DNA from: Desulfobacterales bacterium
Lineage (GTDB): Bacteria > Desulfobacterota > Desulfobacteria > Desulfobacterales > UBA2174
Direction of reading: 5' to 3'
Assembly: GCA_963668645.2 (NCBI GenBank)
Contig: CAXXWC010000021.1
Coordinates: 896,001-960,000 of the forward strand
Length of the DNA stretch: 64,000 nt
Shown: piece by piece, positions 43,801-54,006 of the stretch
How positions within the stretch are numbered: position 1 is the first letter of the stretch
Layout of the letters: each line of letters opens with the position of its first letter
Position numbers and translations under genes: made by a program
Notes under the pieces: generated by a model
Told to the model about the DNA's origin: nothing
The model's input: only the letters and a program-made list of their open reading frames with translations
Database searches by the model: none

Positions 43801-44015
43801 CGTGGACCCCGGTTTTCGAGCCGATCGAAATTCCTTTCGAGGTGGATGAAGATCCGGTGGAGCAGCCCCAGGCCGCCATGCCCGAACGCGATGCAACAAC
43901 ACGCATCGCCGGTTTCGAGGAGGTCGAGCTGGGTTACACCAAAGAAATGGCCCTGGCCGAAGCACGCCGCTGCATGCGCTGCGATGCAAAGGTCCAGGCG
44001 GCCAAAACCATCTGA
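40899..44015 (+). CDS. NuoF/HydB-like FMN/NADH subunit fused to a GltD-like FAD/NAD(P)H oxidoreductase
   Basis: GLRGRGGGGFPTG, NADEGDPGAFMDR, GGPSG, ESCGKCTACRVG; then APCQHVCP, CGRVCGHPCQSKC, GAGPAG, GGGNSAID, YRRER, EARRCMRC. Confidence 0.93.
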   Translation: MTAQKRVMYIADLDRIQQEVAVARDQFSYHAMICSGTSCQASESLMLRDRLAEALVKHNIAGKVHLVETGCMGFCAVGPLMRVEPGDYFYQKLTPEDIGRIVEEHFLNNRPVEALMYKDPVSGQTIPHFHQIPFIAPQQLLVLHNRGLINPEKIDDYIWRDGYRAAFKALFDMTPREIITEVKASGLRGRGGGGFPTGIKWELCAASKGDTKYVICNADEGDPGAFMDRSVLEADPHAVLEGMLIAAHAIGAHQGYIYCRAEYPIAIQRLTIAIDQAKAYGMLGKDIFGSGFDFEVEIYRGAGAFVCGEETALMTSIEGRRGTPRPRPPFPAVSGLWQKPSILNNVETFANIGHIIANGGEQYARLGTPSSKGTKIFSLTGKVNNQGLVEVPMGTTLGQVIFDIGGGIPEGKKFKAAQLGGPSGGCLPVEHLNTPIDYEEIQKAGAIMGSGGMIVMDEDTCMVDMARFFMEFCQDESCGKCTACRVGTKRMLQILQRICKGGGQPGDIALLEDLAESIKDTALCGLGQTAPNPVLSTIRYFRDEYEAHINEKRCPAAVCGDLFDAPCQHVCPVQMDIPAYMALVRAGRLDDAYRLLKRTNPFPSICGRVCGHPCQSKCRRGQLDAPLAIKNIKRFITDYAGRPTVAAIPVTHPERIAVVGAGPAGLSMALEMKKRGYAVTVFESMPQAGGMLRYGIPAYRLPRDILDREIDEILATGVELKTGTRIGQDLDFDSLDKEFDIVFIAAGAQKSTPLGLASDDARGVYGAVEWLRDLNLGQTPPVGQHVAVIGGGNSAIDAARSALRLGAASVTVYYRRERKDMPAQEVEIDAAAHEGVRIETLVNPLRLLVENGAVVGLEMARMALGQFDASGRKKAAAIDGSQFRVDADMVISAIGQRVDLDFLTPASRIVSDGRVLGVDADLKTANPKVWAGGDVVTGPAMVIDAIRAGQDAARAIDQELRTAAGQKPWTPVFEPIEIPFEVDEDPVEQPQAAMPERDATTRIAGFEEVELGYTKEMALAEARRCMRCDAKVQAAKTI

Positions 44016-44103
44016 CACGGCCCGGGGCGGCCCGGCCCTTTCACCGGAAAGCGGCCGGGACCGCCATGCCAGTGCGACAACGCAACGATAGAGGAGAAAT
44101 AGG

Positions 44104-45831
44104 ATGGTTTCTCTGACGATTGACAATCAGCCAGTGCAAGTGCCGCCGGGAACCACGATCCTGGAAGCGGCACGCCAGATCGGCATCTATATCCCGTCAC
44201 TTTGCGCCATGCCCGAAATCGATCACCGCCCCGGGGCCTGCCGGGTCTGCGTCGTGGAAGTCGAACGGAGCCGCACCCTGGTCGCCTCGTGCGTCTATCC
44301 GGTGGCCGAAGGAATGAAGGTTAAAACCAACTCCGCCAGAGTGCGCAAGGGGCGGCGGGCCATCGTCGAATTTCTGCTCTCAGACCATCCGCAGGATTGT
44401 ACGATCTGCTTGAAAAACGGCCATTGTGAGCTGCAGAAAATCGCCCAGCTCGTCGGCGTCCGGGAGATCCGGGTGCCATGCACCGATTTTTCGATCCAGC
44501 GCCTCGACGACTCTTCCCCGGCGCTGGTGCGCGACGCGTCCAAGTGCATCAACTGCCTGCGCTGCGTCAAGGTCTGCGCCGATATCCAGGGGGTATCTCT
44601 GCTCACGCCCCAGGGCCGCGGCTTCGATTCAAGGGTTGTGCCGGCCATGAACAAGGATCTGGCCGAATCGGTCTGCACCTTCTGCGGCCAGTGTGCCGTG
44701 GTCTGCCCCACCGGTGCCATCGTGGAAAAAGATGCCACCGAGACGGTGATGGCCGCCCTGGAAGACCCGCACAAACACGTTGTGGTGCAGGAAGCGCCTG
44801 CGATCCGCGCCTCGCTGGGCGAGGACCTCGGCCTGCCGCCCGGCACCCTGGTCACCGGCAAGATGATCGCCGCGCTACGCCGGCTCGGCTTCGACAAGGT
44901 CTTCGACACCAATTTCACCGCCGATCTGACCATTATCGAAGAAGGCCATGAACTGCTGCACCGGGTCAAGAACGGCGGCCGCCTGCCGATGATCACCTCG
45001 TGCAGTCCCGGCTGGATCAAGTTCATCGAACATTTCTACCCCTCGCTGCTGCCCAACGTGAGCACATGCAAATCGCCCCAGCAGATGTTCGGTGCCCTGG
45101 CCAAGACGTACTATGCTCAGCAGGCCGGGATCGACCCCAAGGACATGTATGTCGTTTCGATCATGCCGTGTACGGCCAAAAAATTCGAGGCCGCCCGGCC
45201 GGAGATGAACAGCTCGGGGTACCGCGACGTCGATGCGGTCCTGACCACCCGGGAACTGGCCCGCATGATCAACGCGGCCGGAATAGACTTCAATAATCTG
45301 GCACCGGAGGACTACGACCCGCCCATGGGGCAGTACACCGGCGCCGGAACGATCTTCGGGGCCACCGGCGGGGTGATGGAAGCCGCCTTGCGCACCGTTT
45401 TCGCCGTGGTGACCGGAAAGCCGCTCGAAGATCTGGACATTACGCCGGTACGCGGGTTAGAAAGCATCAAGGAGGCGGCCATCGAAGTCGGCCCCCTGGG
45501 AACAGTGCGGGTGGCCGTATCCCATGGCCTGGACAACGCCCGCCGGCTGATGGACCGGGTGGTTACCGGAAGGGCCGACTACCATTTTATCGAGATCATG
45601 GCCTGCCCGGGCGGCTGTGTGGGAGGCGGCGGCCAGCCCCTGCCGGCCAGCGATGAAAAACGCACCCTGCGGGCCGCGGCCTTGTACCACGATGACAAGG
45701 CGGTTCAGAAATGGCGCCAGAGCCATGAAAATCCGGCCATCCAGGAGCTGTATGAGAGCTTTCTCGGCACCCCGCTCGGCGAGCGGTCCCATGAGCTGCT
45801 CCACACCCACTACACCGCCCGCGGGCTGTGA
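44104..45831 (+). CDS. hydA: Group A [FeFe]-hydrogenase catalytic subunit
   Basis: H-cluster motifs TSCSPGW, MPCTAKKFE, EIMACPGGCVGGGGQP; N-terminal 2Fe-2S/4Fe-4S domains; LLHTHY tail. Confidence 0.96.
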   Translation: MVSLTIDNQPVQVPPGTTILEAARQIGIYIPSLCAMPEIDHRPGACRVCVVEVERSRTLVASCVYPVAEGMKVKTNSARVRKGRRAIVEFLLSDHPQDCTICLKNGHCELQKIAQLVGVREIRVPCTDFSIQRLDDSSPALVRDASKCINCLRCVKVCADIQGVSLLTPQGRGFDSRVVPAMNKDLAESVCTFCGQCAVVCPTGAIVEKDATETVMAALEDPHKHVVVQEAPAIRASLGEDLGLPPGTLVTGKMIAALRRLGFDKVFDTNFTADLTIIEEGHELLHRVKNGGRLPMITSCSPGWIKFIEHFYPSLLPNVSTCKSPQQMFGALAKTYYAQQAGIDPKDMYVVSIMPCTAKKFEAARPEMNSSGYRDVDAVLTTRELARMINAAGIDFNNLAPEDYDPPMGQYTGAGTIFGATGGVMEAALRTVFAVVTGKPLEDLDITPVRGLESIKEAAIEVGPLGTVRVAVSHGLDNARRLMDRVVTGRADYHFIEIMACPGGCVGGGGQPLPASDEKRTLRAAALYHDDKAVQKWRQSHENPAIQELYESFLGTPLGERSHELLHTHYTARGL

Positions 45832-45887
45832 GCCGGGGCGGCAGGATTTGCGTCCCGCGATGGACCGCTAATGATAAGGGGGTTTAC

Positions 45888-46289
45888 ATGACAGACAAAG
45901 CCGACGTTCTTTTAGTGGACGATGATCGCGATATCCGTGATTCGTTGAAGGTGCTGCTGGAAACTCAGGGGTATGGCGTGCGCATCGCCGTAAACGGCCG
46001 CGATGCATTGGCGGCGCTAAACGCCAAACGACCCGACGTCATGATTCTCGATGTCATGATGTCCAGTGATACCGAAGGGTTCGACCTGGCCTTCGAGCTG
46101 CAACAGATGCCGCAGTTCCAAGGGTTACCGATCATCATCATGACCAGTTTTCTGGATAAAGTCAGGGAGGAAGGTCCTGATCAGTTCCAGCACATCCTCG
46201 GCGAGTCCTGGCCGGCCAAGTGGTTGTTCGAAAAGCCGGTGGACCCGAAACGGCTGATCCAAAAAATCGAAGAGATCCTTCAAAACTGA
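45888..46289 (+). CDS. Single-domain response regulator
   Basis: VLLVDDD, ILDVMM, FEKPV. Confidence 0.9.
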   Translation: MTDKADVLLVDDDRDIRDSLKVLLETQGYGVRIAVNGRDALAALNAKRPDVMILDVMMSSDTEGFDLAFELQQMPQFQGLPIIIMTSFLDKVREEGPDQFQHILGESWPAKWLFEKPVDPKRLIQKIEEILQN

Positions 46290-46493
46290 ACGGCCGACCG
46301 GCACGCTTGGGCCGCTACCAACGCGTGTGCCCCGCCGCTTTTCACAGGTTGGCGCCTGGAGGATAGCGTTTCGCCTCTGTTCCAGTGCGAGCCGATCGCA
46401 TAACGCTATCCCCGGGTGCCGGGGCCTGGAAGCACGGTTCGCCGGTGGGCTTGACCGTCGCCCGGTTTGACCTGACGCGCGGGAAGTATTCGC

Positions 46494-48404
46494 ATGCTTG
46501 AAGCAGACCCGAAAGAAAACGCGGCCGGTGCGCCCGTTGGGATCGAGAAATACAGGCGTGTCATCTTCGGCGAACTGGTCGATCGCACCGTCTGGTTCAT
46601 CCGGTTGCGCTGGTTTGCGGCCCCGGCCATCATGCTGGCGGTGATCGTCCTGGGCCAATGCGGTTTCAACCTTTCTTTCCTGCCGTTTTTCCTGATCGCG
46701 CTCTTTATCCTGGCCTACAACGGCCTGGTGTATGGCGTGGCGCAACGAAACCGCCGGGCACTGCGCACCGAGCGCCCTTTTATTCTCAACTTCAACCGCT
46801 TCCAGTTCGCCCTCGATTTTATCGCGCTTTTGCTGCTGAGCCATTATACCGGCGGCATTTCCAGCCCGTTGCTTTTCTTTTTTACCTTCCATATCATCTT
46901 CGCCTCGATCCTGCTTTCGCCCGGATCCGGCTACGGCCTGGTAACCCTGGCCGTCGCGGGCATGCTGGTCGTGGTGGCGGCCGAGTCGCACGGCTGGCTC
47001 GCCGTCGAGCCGCTGCGCTTCGGCCAAAAGGTTTTGAGCAGTTCCCAGCCACCGTTACAGACGACCGTGACGGTGCTTTTTTGGGCCTTATCGCTTTATG
47101 CGACGGTCATTTTCGGCACCTCCATCGTTGCGGCCATCCGCCGGCGGATCTCCAAGCTGGTGGATGTCACCGAGGCGGACCGCCGGTTGAACAGCCGGCT
47201 CAATTCGCTCTACACCATGACCGAGGCCATCGGTTCGGTGCGCAACCTGAAGATGGTCCTCAACATGGTTACCTCGGAGCTGTGCCAGGTAATGGGCGTT
47301 TTGGGTATTTCGGTCAAACTGCTCAGCGACGACCGCAAGCAGCTCGAGTACGTGGCCGCCCATGGACTGGTGGCCGATGTGTTCAAAAGCAAGGTCATCG
47401 AAGTGGCCAAAAGCCCGCTGAACCGGGAAATCATCGAAGGCAAGCCTTTTGTGACCGGCCGGATCAAACCCGGAGAGATGATGTTCCAGCTCGGTGAAGA
47501 CCTAGCGGCGGCCAATATCCAATCGGTGCTCTTCGTCCCCCTGGTGGTGGAAGGCCGGGTGATCGGGATTCTGGGGGCTTACTGCCGGCACGCGGAACGA
47601 TTCAGCGCAGAAGAGGTGCATTTTTTTCGCCGGGTCGCCGGCTTGGTCGCCGTGGCCATTGAAAACGCCCGCAGCTATGAAGCCATCGAGAAACTGATGA
47701 CCGATCGCCACCGTTTCATGATGCGCGTGGCCCATAACCTGCGTTCGCCCCTGGCCGCGATGGTCAGCATGCTCGATGTAGTCCGCGGCGGCTACAAGGG
47801 GGATCTGAGTGCAGGACAAAACGAGTATCTCGATCGCATCGATCGCCGGGCGCGAACCATGATCCGCATGATCAACGGCCTTTTGACCCTGGCTCGCAAC
47901 GGTGAAACCAAGGGAGCCGACGCCTTCCGGCCCTTGGACCTGACGGCCATCGCCGGCCGCATCCGGCGCACCTTCCAGGATGAGGCGCAGCAAAAAAACC
48001 TGTGCTACGAGGTGGTCGTGCCGCCGGATCTACCCCCTGTTCAGGGCAATACCGACATGATCGAACAAACCCTGGAAAACCTGGTCGCCAATGCCATCAA
48101 GTACACCGCCGCGGGTGGTCGGGTTGAGGTCGCGTTCATCAAGGGTCTCCAGCAGACGGTGCAGATCCGGGTCCACGACAGCGGGATCGGCATCGCGCCC
48201 GAAGATTTGAAACATCTTTTCACGGAATTTTTCCGGGCCGAAAACGCCCGGGCCATGGAAGAGATCGGCACCGGCCTGGGGCTGGCGATCGTCAAGCAAA
48301 CCGTCGAACGACACGGTGGACGGATCCTCGTGGAAAGCACCCCCGGACAGGGGAGCACCTTCACCATTGATCTTCCCGTGGCACCGGCAAAGAATGCGAC
48401 ATGA
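46494..48404 (+). CDS. Membrane GAF-domain histidine kinase
   Basis: Several transmembrane helices, GAF region, [23 protein letters not shown]. Confidence 0.92.
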   Translation: MLEADPKENAAGAPVGIEKYRRVIFGELVDRTVWFIRLRWFAAPAIMLAVIVLGQCGFNLSFLPFFLIALFILAYNGLVYGVAQRNRRALRTERPFILNFNRFQFALDFIALLLLSHYTGGISSPLLFFFTFHIIFASILLSPGSGYGLVTLAVAGMLVVVAAESHGWLAVEPLRFGQKVLSSSQPPLQTTVTVLFWALSLYATVIFGTSIVAAIRRRISKLVDVTEADRRLNSRLNSLYTMTEAIGSVRNLKMVLNMVTSELCQVMGVLGISVKLLSDDRKQLEYVAAHGLVADVFKSKVIEVAKSPLNREIIEGKPFVTGRIKPGEMMFQLGEDLAAANIQSVLFVPLVVEGRVIGILGAYCRHAERFSAEEVHFFRRVAGLVAVAIENARSYEAIEKLMTDRHRFMMRVAHNLRSPLAAMVSMLDVVRGGYKGDLSAGQNEYLDRIDRRARTMIRMINGLLTLARNGETKGADAFRPLDLTAIAGRIRRTFQDEAQQKNLCYEVVVPPDLPPVQGNTDMIEQTLENLVANAIKYTAAGGRVEVAFIKGLQQTVQIRVHDSGIGIAPEDLKHLFTEFFRAENARAMEEIGTGLGLAIVKQTVERHGGRILVESTPGQGSTFTIDLPVAPAKNAT

Positions 48405-50431
48405 AAACGCAGAACGAAGAAACCACCGCGTCATCCGCGGCGCCGCTGGTGCGTACGATCAGGGAGCGTTGCCGGGTCTGCTACACCTGTGTGCGCGAAT
48501 GCCCCGCCAAGGCGATCCGGATCGAGGACGGCCAGGCCGAGGTGATCGTCAGCAAATGCATCGGCTGCGGCAACTGCGTGCAGGTGTGCAGCCAGAAGGC
48601 CAAACAGATCCAGCAGGCCGGCGACACGGTGACCGCCCTGCTGGCCTCCGGGCACCGGGTATCGGCCCTTGTCGCACCGAGTTTTCCGGCTGAATTCGTC
48701 GATACCGACTACCGAATTTTCGTTGGCATGCTGCAAGCCCTGGGGTTTGACTTTGTGCACGAGGTGGCCTTCGGCGCCGATCTGGTCGCCCGGCGCTACC
48801 GCCGGATGCTGCGCTGTGGCTCGACAGAACGTCATATCGCCACCAACTGCCCAGCCATCGTGGAATTCATCTGTCGCTATCACCCCAAACTGGTCGGGTA
48901 TCTGGCACCGATCGCCTCGCCCATGCTGGCCACCTCGCGGGTGCTCAAATCGTTGTACGGCCCGGATTTGAAAACGGTCTTCATCGGCCCGTGCATCGCC
49001 AAGAAGGCCGAACGCGATCCGGCCCGGGACAGCGTCGAAATCGATGCGGTGCTGACCTTCATCGAGTTGCGCCAGCTCTTCGAACAAAACGGCATCGTCC
49101 CGTCAAAGGTCGCTGCCAGCGAATTCGACAAGCCCCACAGCCGCAACGGGGCACTTTTCCCGGTTTCACGGGGGATGCTCCAGGTGGCACACATCAGTGA
49201 CGACCTGCTGCCCGGCAACAGCCTGGCGGCCGACGGCAAGAGAGATTTCATGGAGGCGATCCGCGAATTCGAATCCGGCGACCTGCGCGTCAATCTGCTG
49301 GAAGTGCTTTGCTGCAGCGGCTGCATCATGGGCCCGGGCATGAGCAGCGACCTGCCGCTGTTCAGCCGGCGGGCCCGGGTCATCGATTACGTGCATCAGC
49401 GGTTTTCCATCGTTTCGCTCGATCGCTGGAAAGAGGATCTGGCCGAATTCGAGGATCTCGATCTGTCACGCGCTTTTGTGGCCAATGAACAGTGCATGCC
49501 GATGCCATCGGCCGCCCAGATCCATGAAATCCTTCATAAAATGGGGAAATACGGCGAGGCGGACGAACTCAACTGCGGGGCCTGCGGCTACGACACCTGC
49601 CGTGATCATGCCGCGGCCATCTATCGCGGCACGGCCGAAACGGAAATGTGCCTGCCGTATAACATCGACCAGCTCCATCGGGCACTGGACGATCTGGCAG
49701 CGACCAACCAGGCCCTGGCCAAGGTCCAAGAGGCACTGATCCAGTCCGAAAAGCTGGCCAGCATGGGGCAACTGGCGGCCGGCATTGCCCATGAGATCAA
49801 CAACCCGCTGGGCATCGTACTGATGTATGCCCACCTGATGCTCGACGAGGCCGTAAAATCCCAGGTAACCACGGCCGACATCAAGATGATCGTGGATCAA
49901 ACCCAACGGTGCAAGAAGATCGTCACCGGACTGCTGAACTTTTCACGCCAGAACAAGGTATTTTGCAAACCGACCCATCTTGGCAATCTCATCGATCAGA
50001 TCGTGCGCACCACCTACCCGCCCGATCGGATCCGCCTTACGGTGGATGTTCGCCTTGCCGACCCCATCGCGATTATCGACGCCGATCAGATCACCCAGGT
50101 GATCAACAACCTGCTGCGCAACGCCTTCGAAGCGATCACCGGTCGCGGGACGGTGGTTCTGGGTGCAAGTGACGCTGGCCCGGAACAGTTGACTTTCCGC
50201 GTCAGCGATTCGGGCAGCGGCATTTCCCAGGAGAACCTGTCGAAGATATTCGAACCGTTTTTCACCACCAAAAAACTGGGCAAGGGGACCGGCCTCGGAC
50301 TGGCTGTGGTCTACGGCATCGTCAAGATGCATCGCGGCGATATCAGCGCGACATCCAACGACAACCCGGCAGCCGGCCCCACCGGCACGACCTTCACCGT
50401 CACCTTGCCGCGCCAGCACGATCCGGAGTGA
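48401..50431 (+). CDS. Sensory (group C-type) [FeFe]-hydrogenase domain fused to a histidine kinase
   Basis: 2x4Fe-4[60 protein letters not shown]. Confidence 0.9.
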   Translation: MKTQNEETTASSAAPLVRTIRERCRVCYTCVRECPAKAIRIEDGQAEVIVSKCIGCGNCVQVCSQKAKQIQQAGDTVTALLASGHRVSALVAPSFPAEFVDTDYRIFVGMLQALGFDFVHEVAFGADLVARRYRRMLRCGSTERHIATNCPAIVEFICRYHPKLVGYLAPIASPMLATSRVLKSLYGPDLKTVFIGPCIAKKAERDPARDSVEIDAVLTFIELRQLFEQNGIVPSKVAASEFDKPHSRNGALFPVSRGMLQVAHISDDLLPGNSLAADGKRDFMEAIREFESGDLRVNLLEVLCCSGCIMGPGMSSDLPLFSRRARVIDYVHQRFSIVSLDRWKEDLAEFEDLDLSRAFVANEQCMPMPSAAQIHEILHKMGKYGEADELNCGACGYDTCRDHAAAIYRGTAETEMCLPYNIDQLHRALDDLAATNQALAKVQEALIQSEKLASMGQLAAGIAHEINNPLGIVLMYAHLMLDEAVKSQVTTADIKMIVDQTQRCKKIVTGLLNFSRQNKVFCKPTHLGNLIDQIVRTTYPPDRIRLTVDVRLADPIAIIDADQITQVINNLLRNAFEAITGRGTVVLGASDAGPEQLTFRVSDSGSGISQENLSKIFEPFFTTKKLGKGTGLGLAVVYGIVKMHRGDISATSNDNPAAGPTGTTFTVTLPRQHDPE

Positions 50432-50438
50432 ACCGGTC

Positions 50439-51563
50439 ATGGAAACTCTCAATTTACTCGTGGTAGACGATGAGCCGGGGATGTGTTCCGCCATCCGCCG
50501 GGCCCTGGCGACCTATGAGATCCCCGCGGTCAACGAAGATCCGGCCGTGGCCTTTGCCATCGATGAGACAGACAGCGCCGAGGCGGCCCTGGAGAAGATC
50601 GCGGCCCGGCGGGTGGACATTTTGCTGCTCGATTACAAACTGCCCCAGATGTCCGGAATGGAGCTGCTCCAACGCATCGCTGACAGCCAGACGGAAATGA
50701 CCACGGTGATGATGACCGCCTACGCCTCCATCGAAACCGCCGTGACGGCGACCCGGCGGGGGGCCTACGATTTTCTGGCCAAGCCGTTTACCCCGGACGA
50801 GCTGAAGAGCACCGTCTACCGGGCCTCGCGCGTCCGCTTGCTCCAGCGCCGGGCCCATCGGCTGATGCAGGAAAAACGGCGCTTCAGGCTCGAGCTGCTC
50901 ACCATCGTCTCCCATGAATTGAAGCGGCCCCTGGCCGCCGTGGAAACCTACCTGAACATTATCCGGGACCATTCGGCCGGCGACGACCCGGCGGTGTATC
51001 AGGACATGATCGAACGCTGCCGGGTGCGCACCGGCGAAATGCGCAAGCTGATCATGGACCTGCTCGATTCGGCCCGGATCGAATCGGGCCAGTACAAACG
51101 CTGCCTGGAACCCGTCGACCTGCTCCCACTGCTGGAAGGATCGATTGCCGCTGCGCGCTCCGAGGCCGAGGCAAACGGGGTCGAGTTCGTCCTATCGGCC
51201 CCCGAGCGGCTGGAAATCCAGGCCGATCGCAACGAGATGCAGATTATTTTCAACAACCTGGTATCCAACGCGGTCAAATACAACCGCCGCGGCGGAACGG
51301 TCACCATCCGGCTGGCAAGCCAGGGCACCTCGATCACGCTGTGTGTCGCCGATACCGGCATCGGCATCGGCCAGGAAGACCAGGCGAATATCTTCAAGGA
51401 GTTTTCCCGGATCAAGAACGAAAAGACCCAGGACATCCCCGGAAGCGGGCTGGGATTGTCCATCGTGAAAAGGATCGTCGACCTCTACGGCGGAACGATC
51501 CACCTCCAGAGCCGGCCGGATGAGGGCACGACTTTTACCGTAACCCTGCCCTGGGGGCCTTGA
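50439..51563 (+). CDS. REC-HisKA-HATPase hybrid kinase
   Basis: LVVDDE, LLDYKLP, SHELKRPL, NAVKYN, GSGLGL. Confidence 0.92.
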   Translation: METLNLLVVDDEPGMCSAIRRALATYEIPAVNEDPAVAFAIDETDSAEAALEKIAARRVDILLLDYKLPQMSGMELLQRIADSQTEMTTVMMTAYASIETAVTATRRGAYDFLAKPFTPDELKSTVYRASRVRLLQRRAHRLMQEKRRFRLELLTIVSHELKRPLAAVETYLNIIRDHSAGDDPAVYQDMIERCRVRTGEMRKLIMDLLDSARIESGQYKRCLEPVDLLPLLEGSIAAARSEAEANGVEFVLSAPERLEIQADRNEMQIIFNNLVSNAVKYNRRGGTVTIRLASQGTSITLCVADTGIGIGQEDQANIFKEFSRIKNEKTQDIPGSGLGLSIVKRIVDLYGGTIHLQSRPDEGTTFTVTLPWGP

Positions 51564-51570
51564 GTTTTCC

Positions 51571-53121
51571 ATGCAGATGATCGATGGCCTCGTCCTGCTG
51601 GCCTATTTCGCCGGCCTGCTGGTGATCGGCGCCCGTTTTTCCCGGCAGCGCCGGGGCGGCGACGACGATTTTTTCCTGGCCGGCCGTTCCATGCATTGGT
51701 TTCCCGTGGGGCTGTCGATCATGACCACGGCGTTTAACGCCGTCAACTACACCGGTTTTTCCGGGGAAGTGTTCGGCCACGGCCTCTACGTCCTGTTGTG
51801 CCTGCCGGTATTTTTCATGGTCGTACTGCCGGTCACGCGGATCATCATGCCCTTTTATCATCGCATGGGGATCTGCAGCGTGTATGAGTATCTTGAAAAA
51901 CGCTTCGACGGCTCCGTGCGCATGCTGGCGGCCGGGCTCTTCATCGTCTGGCGCATCTTCTGGATGGCCACGGCCCTGTATATCCCTTCATCGGTAATGG
52001 CCCACCTGACCGGCTGGCACCCGATCGTGCTGACCCTGGTTGCCGGGGCCGCCGTCACGGCCTACACCGCCGCCGGCGGGATGCGGGCCGTGATGTGGAC
52101 CGACGTTTTTCAATGCTTCGTGCTTATCGGCGGGCTGGTTTTCTGCCTGCTCTTTGCCGTAAGTCAGATACCCGGGGGCGTGGGCGCCATCTGGCGCATC
52201 GCCGCCGAGGGCTCGCGGCTCAGCCCGTTTTACCCCTTCGACTGGCAGATCTTCTCCTTTGATCCGCACATGCGCATCTCGTTGTGGAGCTGCTGGATCG
52301 GCACCATGACGGCCTTTTTGTCCCGCTACGGCGTCGACCAGACGGTGGTGCAGCGCTACTTCACCGCCCGGTCCCTGGAGCAGGCCCGGCGCGGCTTCCG
52401 GCTCAACATCCTCGTGGCCGTGGCCTCTTTGCTGCTGCTGGCCGCCATGGGGCTGGCCATGTATGCCTATGCCGCGGAGCACCGCCTGCTGGGCGGCATC
52501 GCGGCCCGCCCCCTGGCCTACCTGACCGCGTTTGTCAACGTCTTGCCGGCCGGAACCACCGGCCTGATTATCGCCGGCCTTTTCGCCGCCTCCATGTCGA
52601 GTGTCGATTCGGGCATCAATTCCTGCAGCGCCGTGTTCATCACCGATTTTTACAGCCGTTTTGGCAATTCGGAACCTGCGGCCGGCGCGTATGCCAGCAA
52701 GGCCGCCAGCATCGTTTTCGGCATGGCGGCTACCGTGGCCGCCTGCGGGGTCGGCCGGCTGGGCAGTATTTTCGAAATCGCCAACAAGGTCGTCAACGGC
52801 CTGGGCAGTCCGCTGCTGGCCCTGTTCATCCTCGGCATGTTCAGCCGCCGGGCCGGCCGCCGGGCCGTGTTCTGGGGAGGGGTGGGCGGAATCCTGATCA
52901 GCGTCTACGTAAGCTTTAACATCACCGATCTTGCGCTGCACTACTACGCCGTGGTCAACCTCCTTGGCACCCTGGGACTCTGCTATCTGCTGAGCATCGT
53001 GGAAAACTGGCGCTCGACCGGACCAGGCCCCGCGGCCCTCGCCTGGACCTGGACCGCGCACAGGCAGAATGCCCGCCCCGTTTGCAGCGGGCCGCCGGAC
53101 CGGCACCGCGGCGGGGATTGA
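51571..53121 (+). CDS. Sodium:solute symporter family transporter
   Basis: FFLAGRSM, SVYEYLEKRF, GGMRAVMWTD, DQTVVQRY, ASMSSVDSGINS. Confidence 0.92.
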   Translation: MQMIDGLVLLAYFAGLLVIGARFSRQRRGGDDDFFLAGRSMHWFPVGLSIMTTAFNAVNYTGFSGEVFGHGLYVLLCLPVFFMVVLPVTRIIMPFYHRMGICSVYEYLEKRFDGSVRMLAAGLFIVWRIFWMATALYIPSSVMAHLTGWHPIVLTLVAGAAVTAYTAAGGMRAVMWTDVFQCFVLIGGLVFCLLFAVSQIPGGVGAIWRIAAEGSRLSPFYPFDWQIFSFDPHMRISLWSCWIGTMTAFLSRYGVDQTVVQRYFTARSLEQARRGFRLNILVAVASLLLLAAMGLAMYAYAAEHRLLGGIAARPLAYLTAFVNVLPAGTTGLIIAGLFAASMSSVDSGINSCSAVFITDFYSRFGNSEPAAGAYASKAASIVFGMAATVAACGVGRLGSIFEIANKVVNGLGSPLLALFILGMFSRRAGRRAVFWGGVGGILISVYVSFNITDLALHYYAVVNLLGTLGLCYLLSIVENWRSTGPGPAALAWTWTAHRQNARPVCSGPPDRHRGGD

Positions 53122-53155
53122 AACTGGCGCGTGTCGTTTCCCCCAAACCGATCCA

Positions 53156-53992
53156 TCATCCCTGCAAGGATTGCTCCATTGCCTGAACCAGCCGCCGGAT
53201 ATGGGCCTTTTCGGCCTGGGCGATGCTTCGCAAAGGCGCTCGGGCCTCTTGCGGAGTCCCGTCGCGCTCGGCTACGGTGCTGTACAGATCGTAGGCCGCC
53301 GCTTCGATGGCAAGGGCCAGTTCGAACAGGGGCCGGCTCTGGTCCGGAGCGATGGCGCCGATGCGCTCGACGGCCGCCTGCAAGTCGAGGCCGCCTTCCA
53401 GAATCGTACCCGACAGCCGGTGGAAGAAAGGCTCAAACGGTTCGGACAGCGTCCGGATAGCGGTCAGCAGCCGGTATACGCTGCGGGCGTGAGCGACTTC
53501 GTCCGCGGTCAAATCGGCAAACGCCTCGATCCAGGGCGCATCGGCAAAATGCCGGCAAACCGCCTGGTAAAAATTCCAGGCTCCTTTTTCAAGGTCCATG
53601 GCCTTGGCGAGCAGGTCCTCGGTGGTTGCAGCCCCGTCGAAGACTGCGGTACGCGGGTAGTCGGCCAGGGTCATACCGTCCCAGGCCAGAATCCCCCCGG
53701 AAAGGTTGTAGATCGTTTTACGGGTGACCTCGGCGTCCAGGGCCAGGACGGCCGCAGCCGCGGAACGGCCGCCGCTGTGGCAATAGAAGACCAGATCGCG
53801 GTCGGGCGGCAGTTCGAAGAGCCTGGCTTCCAACTGCATCAGCGGCATCAGCCAGGCGCCGGGGATATGGGCGGCGGTGTACTCGCCGGGCTGGCGCACG
53901 TCGATAAGCAGGTAATCGGCTTCCGGGTGGCGCTGCAAATAGGCGCGCAACCTTGCCGGATCCAAGTGGACAATGTTCCTGCCGCGGCTCAT
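53156..53992 (-). CDS. Rhodanese + ferritin/rubrerythrin-like protein
   Basis: DVRQPGEYTAAHIPGA, YCHSGGRS; LEKGAWNFY, DEVAH, AEKAH. Confidence 0.85.
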   Translation of the reverse strand: MSRGRNIVHLDPARLRAYLQRHPEADYLLIDVRQPGEYTAAHIPGAWLMPLMQLEARLFELPPDRDLVFYCHSGGRSAAAAVLALDAEVTRKTIYNLSGGILAWDGMTLADYPRTAVFDGAATTEDLLAKAMDLEKGAWNFYQAVCRHFADAPWIEAFADLTADEVAHARSVYRLLTAIRTLSEPFEPFFHRLSGTILEGGLDLQAAVERIGAIAPDQSRPLFELALAIEAAAYDLYSTVAERDGTPQEARAPLRSIAQAEKAHIRRLVQAMEQSLQG

Positions 53993-54006
53993 TGCTGCAA
54001 CCTCCC

